A stretch of DNA of 64,000 bases from contig OY829846.1 in NCBI GenBank assembly GCA_963691875.1, positions 2,944,001 to 3,008,000 on the forward strand, in the 5' to 3' direction. Position numbers and translations under genes: made by a program. Source of the DNA: Aureliella sp. (lineage in GTDB: Bacteria; Planctomycetota; Planctomycetia; Pirellulales; Pirellulaceae). Positions 18,982 to 29,593 of the stretch are shown here, one piece after another. The stretch's first letter is position 1; the number at the start of each line of letters is the position of its first letter. Under the pieces are notes generated by a model. The model had not been told where the DNA came from. It worked only from the letters and a program-made list of their open reading frames with translations, and did not search any database.

Positions 18982-20544
18982 CTACAATTCGCTGTGTTCG
19001 ATGACTTCTCCGCCGTTCATAGTGATCAAGGCATTGATGACCTTTTTAGCGAGTGTGGCCTTCAGTAAACGAACAGAACCATCTGCCATTGAAGCGATGA
19101 AGTCGGTTGGTTCATCATCGCCGAAGATCGAGGTTAGTGGGTCCGCTGCATCAATCACCAAGTCCGCAGGCTTAGTCCAGGGAACAGCTTTCGAGCTCCC
19201 TGCCTCGACAAGCCAGATTGTATTGCTAGTTCCATCAACGATGCTTCGGAACTCCGTGGGAGCTCCCGGTTTGCCGAAGATGGAATTCTTGGTCAGCGGG
19301 GCGAGTAGGGTGGTTTTAGGGACTCCATTCTCGTCCAGCTTTTGTGTACCTCGCATCTTGAAAACCAGGGGAATTGCAGAAGCCACTTTGAGGTTGTGAG
19401 GACTATCCCATGGTTCATCAAGATGAAATTTGCTGTACAACGCCTGTTGCTCCAAGAATGGAAGAACGAGTACTCGCCAGCTTAGCAGTCGTTTCCCTTC
19501 CTTGCTGGATAAGCTCTGGGGTGGAAAATGCTCGTACGCTGAATAGTAGTTGTGGAGCGACAGGGCCACTTGTTTGAAGTCATTCATCCGTGAGTTCTGA
19601 GTTGCTCCGCTGACTGTTTCGAGCACTCTAAGTGTTTCCACGACGTCGACGGTTGAAAGCTGAATCTCGCTACCTTTGCGACTGACCGATACAGTCTTCA
19701 AAACGTCGGAGGCAAAGGACTTGAGAAAGGTAGTCACGCCAGACTCAACCTTCTCCACATTACTAGCTTCAATCGTGAGACTGGCTTTTGTGGGGGGCAT
19801 TTTCTCAAGCCCTATCGCAAGGGATTTGATGTTTGGAAGTGTCTGGACCATCGCAACAAGGTCATCCGCTTCTTGCGCTGCGCCCGCGGCAAGTACCTGC
19901 ATAGCGGTCCGAAGCATTTTCGAGTCGATTGCAGCAACCATACCATGGGGACTGTCAGTGTTCTTCAGGGCTTTGAGCAGCGCTGCGTTGGGTGCTTTCG
20001 CAACCTTACCTCCTTGTGCTTCAGCCAGTGAAGACTCGGTGATCAAGACTGCATTATCTTTGTCAATTACTGTCATGCCGCTACCGGTCAGTATGCTCTC
20101 CACCAACAGCTTGACGGGTTTCGGCTGTTTGGTTGGAAGCACGAAGCTGGGCACTCCGCGCGACATATTGGCAAAACTGGAATGCAGGTAGATTCTGGTC
20201 ACTCCCAATCCCTTCAAGGCCTGCTGGAAAACGCGAAGCTGTGCCAGGTCATCGCTGTCCTCATTTGGAGCTGGCCCAAACTTAGACATGAACTTGGCCG
20301 TCTCAGCTGCGTCGACCTTCGAAATATCGAGCCAAGCAACGAACACCGATGCTGAGTCAAGGTGCTCTTCGACAGCAACATGCTTAACAGGCTGAGCCAA
20401 TGCTCCAGCGTGCACCAAGAGAATTGCCACGCAGGCGAAAGGGCACACGCGCCCCAGGTAAAGGAAAGAGTGTAGTTCTCTCACTGGTCGGATCCTTGTG
20501 GATGTACTCGAGAAGATTGTCTGGTTTGAGCGACGCTTCTGCAT
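18982..20544 (-). CDS. DUF1559-domain protein
   Basis: NDFKQVALSLHNY, SWRVLVLPFLEQ, DGTSNT, ADGSV; TGATG overlap with upstream gene. Confidence 0.88.
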   Translation of the reverse strand: MQKRRSNQTIFSSTSTRIRPVRELHSFLYLGRVCPFACVAILLVHAGALAQPVKHVAVEEHLDSASVFVAWLDISKVDAAETAKFMSKFGPAPNEDSDDLAQLRVFQQALKGLGVTRIYLHSSFANMSRGVPSFVLPTKQPKPVKLLVESILTGSGMTVIDKDNAVLITESSLAEAQGGKVAKAPNAALLKALKNTDSPHGMVAAIDSKMLRTAMQVLAAGAAQEADDLVAMVQTLPNIKSLAIGLEKMPPTKASLTIEASNVEKVESGVTTFLKSFASDVLKTVSVSRKGSEIQLSTVDVVETLRVLETVSGATQNSRMNDFKQVALSLHNYYSAYEHFPPQSLSSKEGKRLLSWRVLVLPFLEQQALYSKFHLDEPWDSPHNLKVASAIPLVFKMRGTQKLDENGVPKTTLLAPLTKNSIFGKPGAPTEFRSIVDGTSNTIWLVEAGSSKAVPWTKPADLVIDAADPLTSIFGDDEPTDFIASMADGSVRLLKATLAKKVINALITMNGGEVIEHSEL

Positions 20545-22193
20545 CAGCGGACAAGAAGGAATTGAAACTTGCCGAAAGCTTCCCTCATTCGGTCGGGGAC
20601 TCCGCCAGTCAGGGTCACCAGCGTGCCACCGACCTGTTTTTTAAGCGAATAACCAAAGTGCTTTCCGGTGTAGGGATCCGGCAATGCAGGTGCCGGCCCT
20701 AGCTCATCGAGCGATTCAGGAAGCTCGCCGCCATTTGCGTGAGCATGCATGCGAATAGCTTCCACCGTCATGATGCGATTAACGACATACTCCTTGTGCG
20801 TGACGGCTTCGTCGACCGAAAGCAGGGCGGGGAGGAGCATTCCTGCAACCACGGCTGCCGGTGAAGTCAAAGTCTCTTCCCTCAGCCAGGTTCGAAACCT
20901 CTCGTTCTCGCGTTCTAAAACGCCCTTACGAAGCGGTGCTGGAAGGTACTGCGCCTTCAGCAGGTCTTGCGATGCTCGCTTCAGTTCCCGCGAGGTATCA
21001 ATCAGAACGGCTTGCATCAGCGGCATTGCTGCGACACGCTTAGAGTCCATCCCTGATTCAATTAGTCGTCGCCGAGTCTTTTCGCCACCAGCAACACCAA
21101 TCAATGCCAATGCAGCTCTTTGACTTTGGTTCGGGCCGCCGCCTAATTCCGACAGCTCCCCCGCCATTTTGGCCCATTGTGAATTCCAATAGGATTCATC
21201 GTGCTCTTCTGTTTCGGCTATTTCAAATATTGGAAAGACGCGTCCAATGGCTTCCATTTCGAATTCGACTGGGGCCTGCATGTTTACTAGAGGTCGTGGC
21301 AGTGTGGCGTAGGCCCAATACATATTGGGAACTTCTTCCAGCTCAAGTAGAGCAAGTGATTCTTCAAGCATGATGGCTTGAATCGCCAAACCTACAAGAG
21401 ATTGGACTAGTGTTTTGCCTTGTCCAATAAAGGCTCCTAGGCGAAAGCCATCTCGCAAGGTTGAAACAGCTCCCTCAACATCGCCATCTGCAACTTGAAC
21501 GCGGAACTTATGTCCTAGGCAGCGTGCCAGTTCACGAGACTGCTGAATCTCAGGTAGCAACATTGTGAACACCTCAACGCCGCTTTTGTCTTTCAGACGC
21601 AAGTCGTAACGCTGGTCTTCGGCGATCGCGAGAAGGTGCAGTTCTCCGTAAACCCAGTCCAGCGATTTGACATACTCTCTGCGTTCTTCGAGCGAGATTT
21701 CAATATCGTCGCCCCAACTCTGCTGGATCTCATTTCGTTGTTCCTTGGCGAGCATATTCCACATCGTCAAAGAGCGGCCGAAATGCACTTGTGCAGAACC
21801 AGGCTTCAGCGACGACTCAGACATCCACAAACGGTGCTCTAGAGCTGGAGTTCCCTCGCCGCGAATCGGAAAGTTCGGAATTTCGGGAGCTGCCTTCTCG
21901 GGTTGGCCTGGACGCCTTCCGATTTGATCCAACGTGTAGGTCGACCCTAGCTCCTGCCCGAATATTGTCGAACAAATCGGTAGCAATAGGGCGAGCCCCG
22001 CAGTTGCCACTCGGGCAGAATGAAGGCAGGGCAAACTCTTTTTTCTTGCTGTCGAAGAGGCAACGAGTCTCGCCCTCATGGGTGACCAGCAAGTTCGAAG
22101 ACTTAACTGTGATAATGTCACTTTCGTACTCCAGAAAGAATGGTCAGAAAAGCGTGCAGGCCGTGCACGATACTTTAAAATCGCACGTTGCAA
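20544..22193 (-). CDS. Secreted alpha-helical hypothetical protein
   Basis: Long ORF with signal-like segment and C-terminal LPESLDEL...DPYTGKHFGY; true start probably downstream of 22193. Confidence 0.75.
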   Translation of the reverse strand: MQRAILKYRARPARFSDHSFWSTKVTLSQLSLRTCWSPMRARLVASSTARKKSLPCLHSARVATAGLALLLPICSTIFGQELGSTYTLDQIGRRPGQPEKAAPEIPNFPIRGEGTPALEHRLWMSESSLKPGSAQVHFGRSLTMWNMLAKEQRNEIQQSWGDDIEISLEERREYVKSLDWVYGELHLLAIAEDQRYDLRLKDKSGVEVFTMLLPEIQQSRELARCLGHKFRVQVADGDVEGAVSTLRDGFRLGAFIGQGKTLVQSLVGLAIQAIMLEESLALLELEEVPNMYWAYATLPRPLVNMQAPVEFEMEAIGRVFPIFEIAETEEHDESYWNSQWAKMAGELSELGGGPNQSQRAALALIGVAGGEKTRRRLIESGMDSKRVAAMPLMQAVLIDTSRELKRASQDLLKAQYLPAPLRKGVLERENERFRTWLREETLTSPAAVVAGMLLPALLSVDEAVTHKEYVVNRIMTVEAIRMHAHANGGELPESLDELGPAPALPDPYTGKHFGYSLKKQVGGTLVTLTGGVPDRMREAFGKFQFLLVR

Positions 22194-22233
22194 TCAGGAA
22201 ACCTCGTGACCGACAATGCGCTCACTACAGCGA

Positions 22234-22869
22234 CTAGAAGTCTCCTCCCAGGCCGAACCAAGACCGATTGCCTGCCAGAGAACGGTGAGCTCGGATTGAC
22301 AACTCCTTGCTCCCAAAAACTGAAAGCGTTCCAGCGCCGACCGTGTCGTTCAAACTCTCATCCGATGAGTCGACCTCTTCCTTGCTGGCCAGCAAAATCG
22401 GCTCGCGCAAATCTGACAGAGCGATGGTGGACTGAATGCCTGCAGCAAACTCTCGCATCGAGTCCACGAACTGCAACCCGTCGATATCGGGGATGATCGG
22501 AGATTCTTCCTGACCGATTCTTGGCTGAGCTGGCGGTCGATCTGTCTTTGAATGAAGAGGAGGATTCCCAGCTAGATTGTCCGAGGGACATGAGGGAGCT
22601 TGCCCCGCGCTCCACAGCCCGGCATTTAGCGTAAGTAATAAACAAGCTGCTGCGCCGAAAAGAGCACCACTGCCAAAGTTGGCAAAACTGAACGCTTGCT
22701 TCTGCGAATCCGCTGGGTCTGCGGTGCTTACACTCGGAGCTAGGACTTCCGATTCGGCTTCTTGCTGAGCTAAAGCCGCTTCCCAGCCGCACCGGTACAT
22801 CAACTCTGCTTGGGATTGCTCCGCTGAGGCAGGTTGCATTTTCCGTAGTTCAGATTCTAGATCCGACAT
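22234..22869 (-). CDS. Putative anti-sigma-like single-TM protein
   Basis: MSDLESELRKMQP...LMYRCG, one TM, directly downstream of an ECF sigma gene. Confidence 0.65.
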   Translation of the reverse strand: MSDLESELRKMQPASAEQSQAELMYRCGWEAALAQQEAESEVLAPSVSTADPADSQKQAFSFANFGSGALFGAAACLLLTLNAGLWSAGQAPSCPSDNLAGNPPLHSKTDRPPAQPRIGQEESPIIPDIDGLQFVDSMREFAAGIQSTIALSDLREPILLASKEEVDSSDESLNDTVGAGTLSVFGSKELSIRAHRSLAGNRSWFGLGGDF

Positions 22870-22983
22870 CGACTCTACTCTCGATTCCTGTTTTCTATCA
22901 CTTGATTTCACCTTGTTGACCTGTAGAGACGTTCGGATCTCCACGTGCCAACGAAGTTGCATCAGCGGGGTTTTCTAATCGCG

Positions 22984-23541
22984 TTAGCTACGTCGAACAG
23001 TAGCTTGCCGCTTCTGTGGTTCGCCTGGACCCAAACGACTTCGCAAGTGCTGCAAGGCAGATTGGTATCTACGATTGGCTGCTGAGCTGGATGTCTCAAA
23101 GGCAGCTGCAATTTGTCGAAAACTCATTCCGTTCCACAAATGTGCGACCATGATTTCTCGTTCCTCGATCGGTAGTTCCGCAATCGCTACTTCGATCTCT
23201 GAAGCAAATATGGTCGACGATTCTCTTTCCTCAAACCAGTCGCGTCGCTCACTGGCGACGGCACCTTCGCGTTGCTTTCGTCGTTTACGACTTCGAAACG
23301 CGTCGATAGCAAGATTCCGCGATGTTCGAACCAACCAAGCCAAGACATCATCAGGCATCTGCGTCTGTCGCGCTAAGCGTGTAAACGCATCTTGCAAGAT
23401 ATCCTCGGCTTCACAGTCTACCTGGCTGCCGAAGCGAGCTCGGGCCAGCAATAGCAACCCACTTGAGTGCTGTTGCCAGAGTCTTGCTATTTCTGCGGGA
23501 GGGACCAAGTCGCCTATTGCCTTTGTTGGTCGTTCGCCCAT
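22984..23541 (-). CDS. ECF-type RNA polymerase sigma-70 factor
   Basis: AEDILQDAF, WL...RNLAID (region 2); LPIEEREI...GMSFRQIA (region 4). Confidence 0.92.
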   Translation of the reverse strand: MGERPTKAIGDLVPPAEIARLWQQHSSGLLLLARARFGSQVDCEAEDILQDAFTRLARQTQMPDDVLAWLVRTSRNLAIDAFRSRKRRKQREGAVASERRDWFEERESSTIFASEIEVAIAELPIEEREIMVAHLWNGMSFRQIAAAFETSSSAANRRYQSALQHLRSRLGPGEPQKRQATVRRS

Positions 23542-23783
23542 CCTCGTGGCCTAGGCGGCTGAGACGGTTGCGTCATCGCTGCCCACAATAACTTGACGAT
23601 CCCGATTAGGGATTGTCCCGGTCGGCGAGAAAAAAATCGAATTTTGGTCACCATTCACCGGGACGATAAACTGTGAGACGAAAGAACTTGGAAAAAGAAA
23701 GCTGGGATATAGGTAAGATGAGGCGCGAGTAGCCGAGATTTGCTCGAAAAAGTGACTCAATACCCAAAACGAAAGGAATCAAC

Positions 23784-24611
23784 GTGAAGATTGCTGGTGT
23801 ACAGATGGATGTTGCTCTCGGGGCAGCAGCTCAGAATCTGAGACAGATACTTTGCAAACTGCACGAAGCGGCTCGCCAGTCCGCTGACTTTGTGGTTTTT
23901 CCTGAGTGCGCTCTGACGGGCTACTGCTTTGAGTCCCTCGAAGAGGCTCGTCCAATTGCACAAGAAATTCCGGGTCCCGCAACACGAGAGCTTGCAATAG
24001 CCTGCCGAGAACTGGAAATCCATCTCGTCCTCGGAATGCTTGAAAAAGATGGCGAACGCGTCTTCAACGCCGCAGTGTGCATCGGACCAGAAGGCGTTGT
24101 TGCCAAATACCGCAAAGTGCATCTGCCCAAGTTGGGCGTCGATCACTTTGTAAATCCTGGAGACGAGAAGTTCGCGGTGCACGCGTTGGAAAGTTGCCGC
24201 TTCGGAATGCTGATCTGCTACGACGCCTCTTTCCCGGAAGCATCCCGTTGTCTTTCCATTGGCGGAGCGGATCTCATCGTCTTGCCAACCAACTGGCCTC
24301 CCGGAGCGGAGCCGACGGCGGAGCACGTGATAAACGCTCGTTCTTCTGAGAACCATGTTTTCTTCGCTGCAGTCAATCGAATCGGTCTGGAACGAGGCTT
24401 TCAGTTCATTGGGAGAAGCCGAATCACCGACGTGCACGGTCATACTCTAGTAGAGGCCAGCGCTGACAAAGAAGAGATCATCTACGCGCAGATTGATCCA
24501 GCTTTGGCTCGTCAGAAGAAAGTCCAACGAGCTCCCGGGCACAGCATTGATCGGATTGAGGATCGTCGACCGGAGTTCTACCAGGATCTGGCAAGAGTCG
24601 GTCCGAAGTAG
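23784..24611 (+). CDS. Carbon-nitrogen hydrolase (nitrilase superfamily)
   Basis: VFPEC, YRKVHL, ICYDASFPE give the Glu-Lys-Cys triad. Confidence 0.93.
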   Translation: MKIAGVQMDVALGAAAQNLRQILCKLHEAARQSADFVVFPECALTGYCFESLEEARPIAQEIPGPATRELAIACRELEIHLVLGMLEKDGERVFNAAVCIGPEGVVAKYRKVHLPKLGVDHFVNPGDEKFAVHALESCRFGMLICYDASFPEASRCLSIGGADLIVLPTNWPPGAEPTAEHVINARSSENHVFFAAVNRIGLERGFQFIGRSRITDVHGHTLVEASADKEEIIYAQIDPALARQKKVQRAPGHSIDRIEDRRPEFYQDLARVGPK

Positions 24612-24974
24612 GTGCAGGAGCGAATGGGAAGAACGAATAATGGTCGTGTCACACGCAGAAATCTGTTCCGGGCCTGCGGCAGCTCTCAGGAGTAAAGACG
24701 ACTTTTGGGTAACATTCACTTGCGGACTACCGCTTTCGGCGACTTGCCTCGTTTTTGTGGGTTGAGGGCCAAGAATCGCGTTCCTTTGAGGATTCTTTCG
24801 AAAACCCGTGCGATTTGCCGCGCTGAAACCGCTATGACGACTCGGACGCGTCCCTCAGGCACGACATTACTCCCGTCTGCAGGGGGTTGAAAATCCAGCG
24901 TGACGAATTCCTTTTCCCCATACAACTTAACTCCGATGCTACGGTCAGCAAAATGAGCTGTGAGCATAGGCGGA

Positions 24975-25415
24975 ATGACAATGGGAGTAAGGTGCGTGAC
25001 TACTACGTGAAAGAGCTACGAAGGGCTGCTTGGTAACCACCTCGCGCTGCGCGAATTACTTCCGAAATATGCAGACAAGTTAGGGACAGACGAGCGAAGA
25101 GCATATCAACGCTTTCGCATCGAGCAATTCATTGAAGTCATACCTCTTGATTCTGAGCTTCGCGCCATCGGAGATCCCTTCACGGTCAACGTCAGCGAGA
25201 TTTCAGAGAGTACTCTCAGTTTTGTGTGCTCACAACATCTGATCCATAAGCACATGCTGATTCGATTCAAAGTGGGGACAACCGCGTTGAGTTGTATCGC
25301 CGAGATCATACGCAAGCAATTTCACGGGAAGTACAACCTTAGCCATCAGTTCGGCTGTCGCTTTCTGCTTCTTTCACCAACCAAATCCGTACTGTTCAAA
25401 ACGCAGCTCAAGTAA
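24975..25415 (+). pseudogene. PilZ-like domain gene with an in-frame TGA near its 5' end
   Basis: One frame reads MTMGVRCVTTT*KSYEG...DERRAYQRF...VSEISES...QFGCRF; TGA at 25008-25010. Confidence 0.6.
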
Positions 25416-25471
25416 GCAGCGAGACATTAGCCGCAGGTTGATCATCAAAACCTCTAGCGCGTTCCGCTCAC
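25412..25471. repeat. Degenerate REP-like palindrome (family A)
   Basis: TTAGCCGCAGGTT...AACCTCTAGCGCGTTCCGCTCAC resembles the 41867-41939 element. Confidence 0.5.
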
Positions 25472-25513
25472 TTCACCAATGTGACAATGAGCATGGCCAG
25501 TATTTGTTGCTTC

Positions 25514-26695
25514 TTAAGAAGCCTTATTCATTTCTGGCAGACTTGGAAATCTGCTTCGTAGATTGAGATAGATGCGCCTCTCTTCTCGTCTCAAGCCTGG
25601 ATTGGTTGGATTCCCTAGGACTTCCACCTCAAACTTCGGCCGACTAGCCTGCAGTTCTGATAACTGCCGCGAAAGAACATCGAGCTCCTGTCGTAGCTTG
25701 TCCGCCAGCGACGCTAGGTTCTCGCGCCCGTGCGCGGCAGGGTCCCTTCTTTGGTCTGCGGCCTGGGCATTGAGCAAGTCCAGAAAATCGACGACTTCAT
25801 TCAAAGCCTCTGACTGTCCGCGAGCAGCGATTCTTTCCATCCAATGCTCTAGAGCTCGCGAACTTTCTAATTCCTGGAGCTCTGCTTGCAGTGCCAATAC
25901 CATCGGGGCGTTCGGGCCCTTTGACGCATGCGCCGCATTTAGGCGTTTACGAAGTCGAACAGCTTTTTCATAGCTAACTTGTGCAGGCGACTTTTCGAAT
26001 CGACCATGTTCATACCAAGCTGGTTCCATGAACTGCAAAAGACACTTCTGCACTTGAAGAAATGAGTTTGGGTCTGTCGCCGTAGGTTTAGGCAGTTGTC
26101 TCAGGGCCACAGCCGTCGATACCAGATCGATTTCGGTTTCTGCCGCTGCTTGCAGAACTAGATCGGTTAGATCGCTCCAGCGCTGTTTGCCGCTCGCTGT
26201 CGGTGTAGAGACAAACTGCTTCTGCTTTGCAATCTGTTTTTCGATCCTCGTCAGCTGCTTGGCAAACGAATCGCGACGCCCCTCAAGATCCTCGACCGTC
26301 ATCTGATGCACTCGGTTGGTGCGACTAATGCGCTCACACAGTCGACAGAGAAGGGCGACGGCGATTGCAGGAGAAGGAAATGAACTCTGAAGGCAGACGA
26401 CTCCGGGTTCCCCTCCCTCTACCTCACTCTCAACTCGAAGCGACTGGTGAAGCCGAACTCGCAACTCTGCTTCGCTCATCTCCAATGCAAAGGGGTGTAG
26501 ATCGGCGATCACTGGATCGAGAAGCTGAGAACGGGTTACGAAATCCTTGAAAGCCGCTGGCACTGCGGGTGTCAGCCGCAGAGTAATCTCCGGAGTAACG
26601 ACGTTTCCGCCGTGGCTCGCATTCCAACGGGACCAGACTGTGACGCCAACGACTAAAGAGATAGCGAATAGAAGGGAGGCGGGTGTTCGGGGCAT
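25514..26695 (-). CDS. Membrane-anchored coiled-coil protein, weakly Wzz/GumC-like
   Basis: N-terminal TM, long coiled coils, GPNAPMVLALQAEL resembling the HP-x-V motif of chain-length regulators. Confidence 0.55.
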   Translation of the reverse strand: MPRTPASLLFAISLVVGVTVWSRWNASHGGNVVTPEITLRLTPAVPAAFKDFVTRSQLLDPVIADLHPFALEMSEAELRVRLHQSLRVESEVEGGEPGVVCLQSSFPSPAIAVALLCRLCERISRTNRVHQMTVEDLEGRRDSFAKQLTRIEKQIAKQKQFVSTPTASGKQRWSDLTDLVLQAAAETEIDLVSTAVALRQLPKPTATDPNSFLQVQKCLLQFMEPAWYEHGRFEKSPAQVSYEKAVRLRKRLNAAHASKGPNAPMVLALQAELQELESSRALEHWMERIAARGQSEALNEVVDFLDLLNAQAADQRRDPAAHGRENLASLADKLRQELDVLSRQLSELQASRPKFEVEVLGNPTNPGLRREERRIYLNLRSRFPSLPEMNKAS

Positions 26696-26927
26696 GATTC
26701 GATCTCATTGGGAAAGCAGGTAGATGAATCTGTCATCGAAATCTTGTCAGCCGATCCTCCAGCACAGCAGCCCGTTTGACTTTTCCGCAGATTATGCGTG
26801 TCTTACGCACATATCCCTGTGCTGTGGGTAAGCAATTACGAAATGACAAACTTTAGCGGCTGCACAAAGAAGGAGGCAATTTCCAATCCGTCAGTCTGCC
26901 TGAGAGATGCGGATCGCAAAACTAGGG

Positions 26928-27425
26928 TCAAGCTTTCATGACACCGCAGACGGGCGGATCCCAGTTCAGTTTCTGGTGTTCAGCGAGAAACTCGTCGAGT
27001 TTCCTCGATGCGTCTTCCGGCGTTGAAGCTTGACGGCGCATCCGCAAATCTATGTGAGCAACAACCGCTTCGTTAACTGCTGAGATGTCTTGCTTGTCCT
27101 CGTTCACCATGAATTGCAGAAGGTGATAGCGTTTAACGCTTCTCCCTATTAGTCTTGCATGCATATGGACTGTCTGGCCGACACGCACCTCAGATAAAAA
27201 CCGAGTGTGCGATTCCAGAATGAAGGTGCCGCCGTGCTGCTTGGCAATCTTCTCCCAGCCGAGGTCGATCAACTGCATAAAGCCTGTCGAACCACTGGAG
27301 AACAGATGCGTGTACCACCGAACGTTCATGTGCCCCATCTCATCAAGATAAGATACGGGAATCGTTTCGCTGTGAGTGCAGGGGAGAGTTGCGACTTGGG
27401 CAACGTTCAATTCAATTCGGGGCAT
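26928..27425 (-). CDS. Hot-dog fold thioesterase family protein
   Basis: LDEMGHMNV motif, 165 aa. Confidence 0.88.
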   Translation of the reverse strand: MPRIELNVAQVATLPCTHSETIPVSYLDEMGHMNVRWYTHLFSSGSTGFMQLIDLGWEKIAKQHGGTFILESHTRFLSEVRVGQTVHMHARLIGRSVKRYHLLQFMVNEDKQDISAVNEAVVAHIDLRMRRQASTPEDASRKLDEFLAEHQKLNWDPPVCGVMKA

Positions 27426-27535
27426 GTTTTGTGCTTCTCAATTGTGCTTCTCAACAATCTCAATTCGTACCCAGCTACACCGTATCGAGAGCCTCGATGC
27501 GGACAAGGCGATTTCTGCAGAATTGCTTGCGGCTT

Positions 27536-28801
27536 TCACTTCTGCAGATCAGTCCACGAGTGTTGGGCTTCATTCGCATTTGGCCGGCTGTATTCCTCCC
27601 ATTTGCCACCCTGCATTTGAGAAACAGTTTTTAGCCTTGGGCACCTTCCCCAGAGGTCGTCTAACTGCGATCTGCCTAGAGGCCCCACGAAAGAAAGATG
27701 AGAGCAGTTGACGAGCTCAACCACTTTGATGTAGTCATCTTTTGCATGAAACTGACAGCCCCACAGACTTAGGTATCTTGGCTCCGGTTTAGGATCGAGA
27801 CTCTGCAAGCTCGTGAGATCGCCAAAGGTTGCCGAAAGGTGATAGTTTGGCATATCCAACCGGGCAAGAGTTCGAAGCGAATCGGCGTCGATCGTACAAG
27901 CTTCGAGACGCACATCCAGGCCGTCAAATTGTTGAACCACAGCTGGGCTAAGATCCGAAGTGATCACTAGCCAATTTGGTGCTGCGCGAGCAATTACTTT
28001 CGCTTGCTCAGCAGTGAGGTGATTTGCGCGAACTGTGAGCCCCTGCGGTGATCCCAATTCTCGGAGCGGCACGTTTGTTTTGTCGAGCCGGAGTTCGCCT
28101 TGCCACGGACGATTCAGACGTACGATTTGTTCCTGATCTCTCTCACCGATCGTGTGAAACGTCAAGACAACATTCTGGTCCTTGCCATTCGGCGGCAATT
28201 CATTCAGCCAGTCTATCAACTCTGGCGTCAGCGAGTCCTTGCGTGTGATATGCAAATCAATGTATCTGAGACTCGCAGTAGGCACTCTTCCAAGTGGCAG
28301 TTTCGAGACATCTGTTACATCGCCAGCGATCTCTCCAAGGCAAGTCATGCAGTGTTCGCCAATACAAAACGCAAGCCAAGTCGGCAGCATGTAGCCTTCT
28401 CGATCTCGCAGCCATTCGTCGACTTCATCTGGCTGACGCGCAGAAAATCGAATTCCAGCCTCACTCATATGACTGAGGACGATCTGGCGATTCAAGAATG
28501 GAGTCATACGTCCGAGCGTCACGCAAAGCAGTGCGACAATGGTTGGCAGTACAATCGCAACTAGCCCTGTTGTGAGTTGTCCGCGCGTCTGAACGAGACG
28601 CGTGCAAGCGTAAAAAAGTAGCGTGAGGACCATGCATAATGTCACCCCCGCCAGTCGCTGTACTCCCAGCCAATTGGTCGCGAGAGCTGAAAGCAAAAGC
28701 ACTACCAGAGCCACGGTCAGCGCCGTCAGCTTGCTGCGTTTCCACGGACCTGCTGAAGTTGCAGCTTTAACAGCCTCCCGGTCCTTCACTGATGCATTCA
28801 T
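27536..28801 (-). CDS. Hypothetical membrane protein (3 TM + degenerate LRR-like region)
   Basis: Three N-terminal hydrophobic helices, Leu-periodic C-terminal region. Confidence 0.65.
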   Translation of the reverse strand: MNASVKDREAVKAATSAGPWKRSKLTALTVALVVLLLSALATNWLGVQRLAGVTLCMVLTLLFYACTRLVQTRGQLTTGLVAIVLPTIVALLCVTLGRMTPFLNRQIVLSHMSEAGIRFSARQPDEVDEWLRDREGYMLPTWLAFCIGEHCMTCLGEIAGDVTDVSKLPLGRVPTASLRYIDLHITRKDSLTPELIDWLNELPPNGKDQNVVLTFHTIGERDQEQIVRLNRPWQGELRLDKTNVPLRELGSPQGLTVRANHLTAEQAKVIARAAPNWLVITSDLSPAVVQQFDGLDVRLEACTIDADSLRTLARLDMPNYHLSATFGDLTSLQSLDPKPEPRYLSLWGCQFHAKDDYIKVVELVNCSHLSFVGPLGRSQLDDLWGRCPRLKTVSQMQGGKWEEYSRPNANEAQHSWTDLQK

Positions 28802-29206
28802 GGCCTTTGTTTCCTCGGGAATAGTTTAGCAAGTTGACCCGACCACGTGACCAAAGACAGCTATACGGCAAGGCTTGCTCTTATTTGCGCAGATCGAATG
28901 CGACAGACCTCACCGTTTGCTCAATGCCAGCATCGACCAGGAAGGCTGTGATCAAAACCTGTCTGTGGACTGAGATTGTGCATGACTGCGGGTAAGTATG
29001 CTCCTGTTTTAGCTCGACGCAGGCCACAACCGGCCTTATCTCAACCCCAAACCTGAGCGAGAAAAACAAGGGAGGCCCCAAAGAAATCTGTCAGCACAGC
29101 CTGGCTTGCGCTCCGCGGCATGAAAGCAAATGCTCACCGGCCTAGACTCCATCAGCTCAATGTTGCTATAGCACACCCTGGTGCCATTTTTATCTGAGGG
29201 ACAGCC

Positions 29207-29539
29207 ATGATCGAAATCAATACAGCAGTTCAGCATTGCCTAGGGCAAAAAGAAGCCATTGCTCGAATTCACCAAATGGTTGCAACCCTCACCCAAAGAT
29301 TTCCTTCACAGGTGCATCAAGTCAATCTGCACATGAAGGACCATCGTTTTGATGTCAGCTTCGCGGCTTACGGCTACTTAGTTTCCTGGCGAGCCGAGGT
29401 TTTCGACGATCAAGTCTCCTTACTCGGATTTATTCCCGAGTCAGCAAAGCAATTCAAAGGCAAAATGGAGCAGACGGTAGTTTCGCGTCTAGAAGAAACC
29501 TTGACGCCTGATCCAATTCCAAATCTCAAGGCAGCTTAG
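29207..29539 (+). CDS. Polyhydroxyalkanoic-acid-system (PHA_gran_rgn-like) family protein
   Basis: VQHCLGQKEAIARI...FKGKMEQ pattern; GAGG RBS. Confidence 0.7.
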   Translation: MIEINTAVQHCLGQKEAIARIHQMVATLTQRFPSQVHQVNLHMKDHRFDVSFAAYGYLVSWRAEVFDDQVSLLGFIPESAKQFKGKMEQTVVSRLEETLTPDPIPNLKAA

Positions 29540-29593
29540 CCAGTGCGATGTGCGAGCGACAAATTGTAGCCTAGCAAGCGTCGAGTCTTACTC

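Noticed and set aside
25008..25040. Selenocysteine at the TGAs at 25008, 38182 or 38835
   Set aside because: No redox-Cys motif context and no correctly spaced SECIS-like hairpin that I could see
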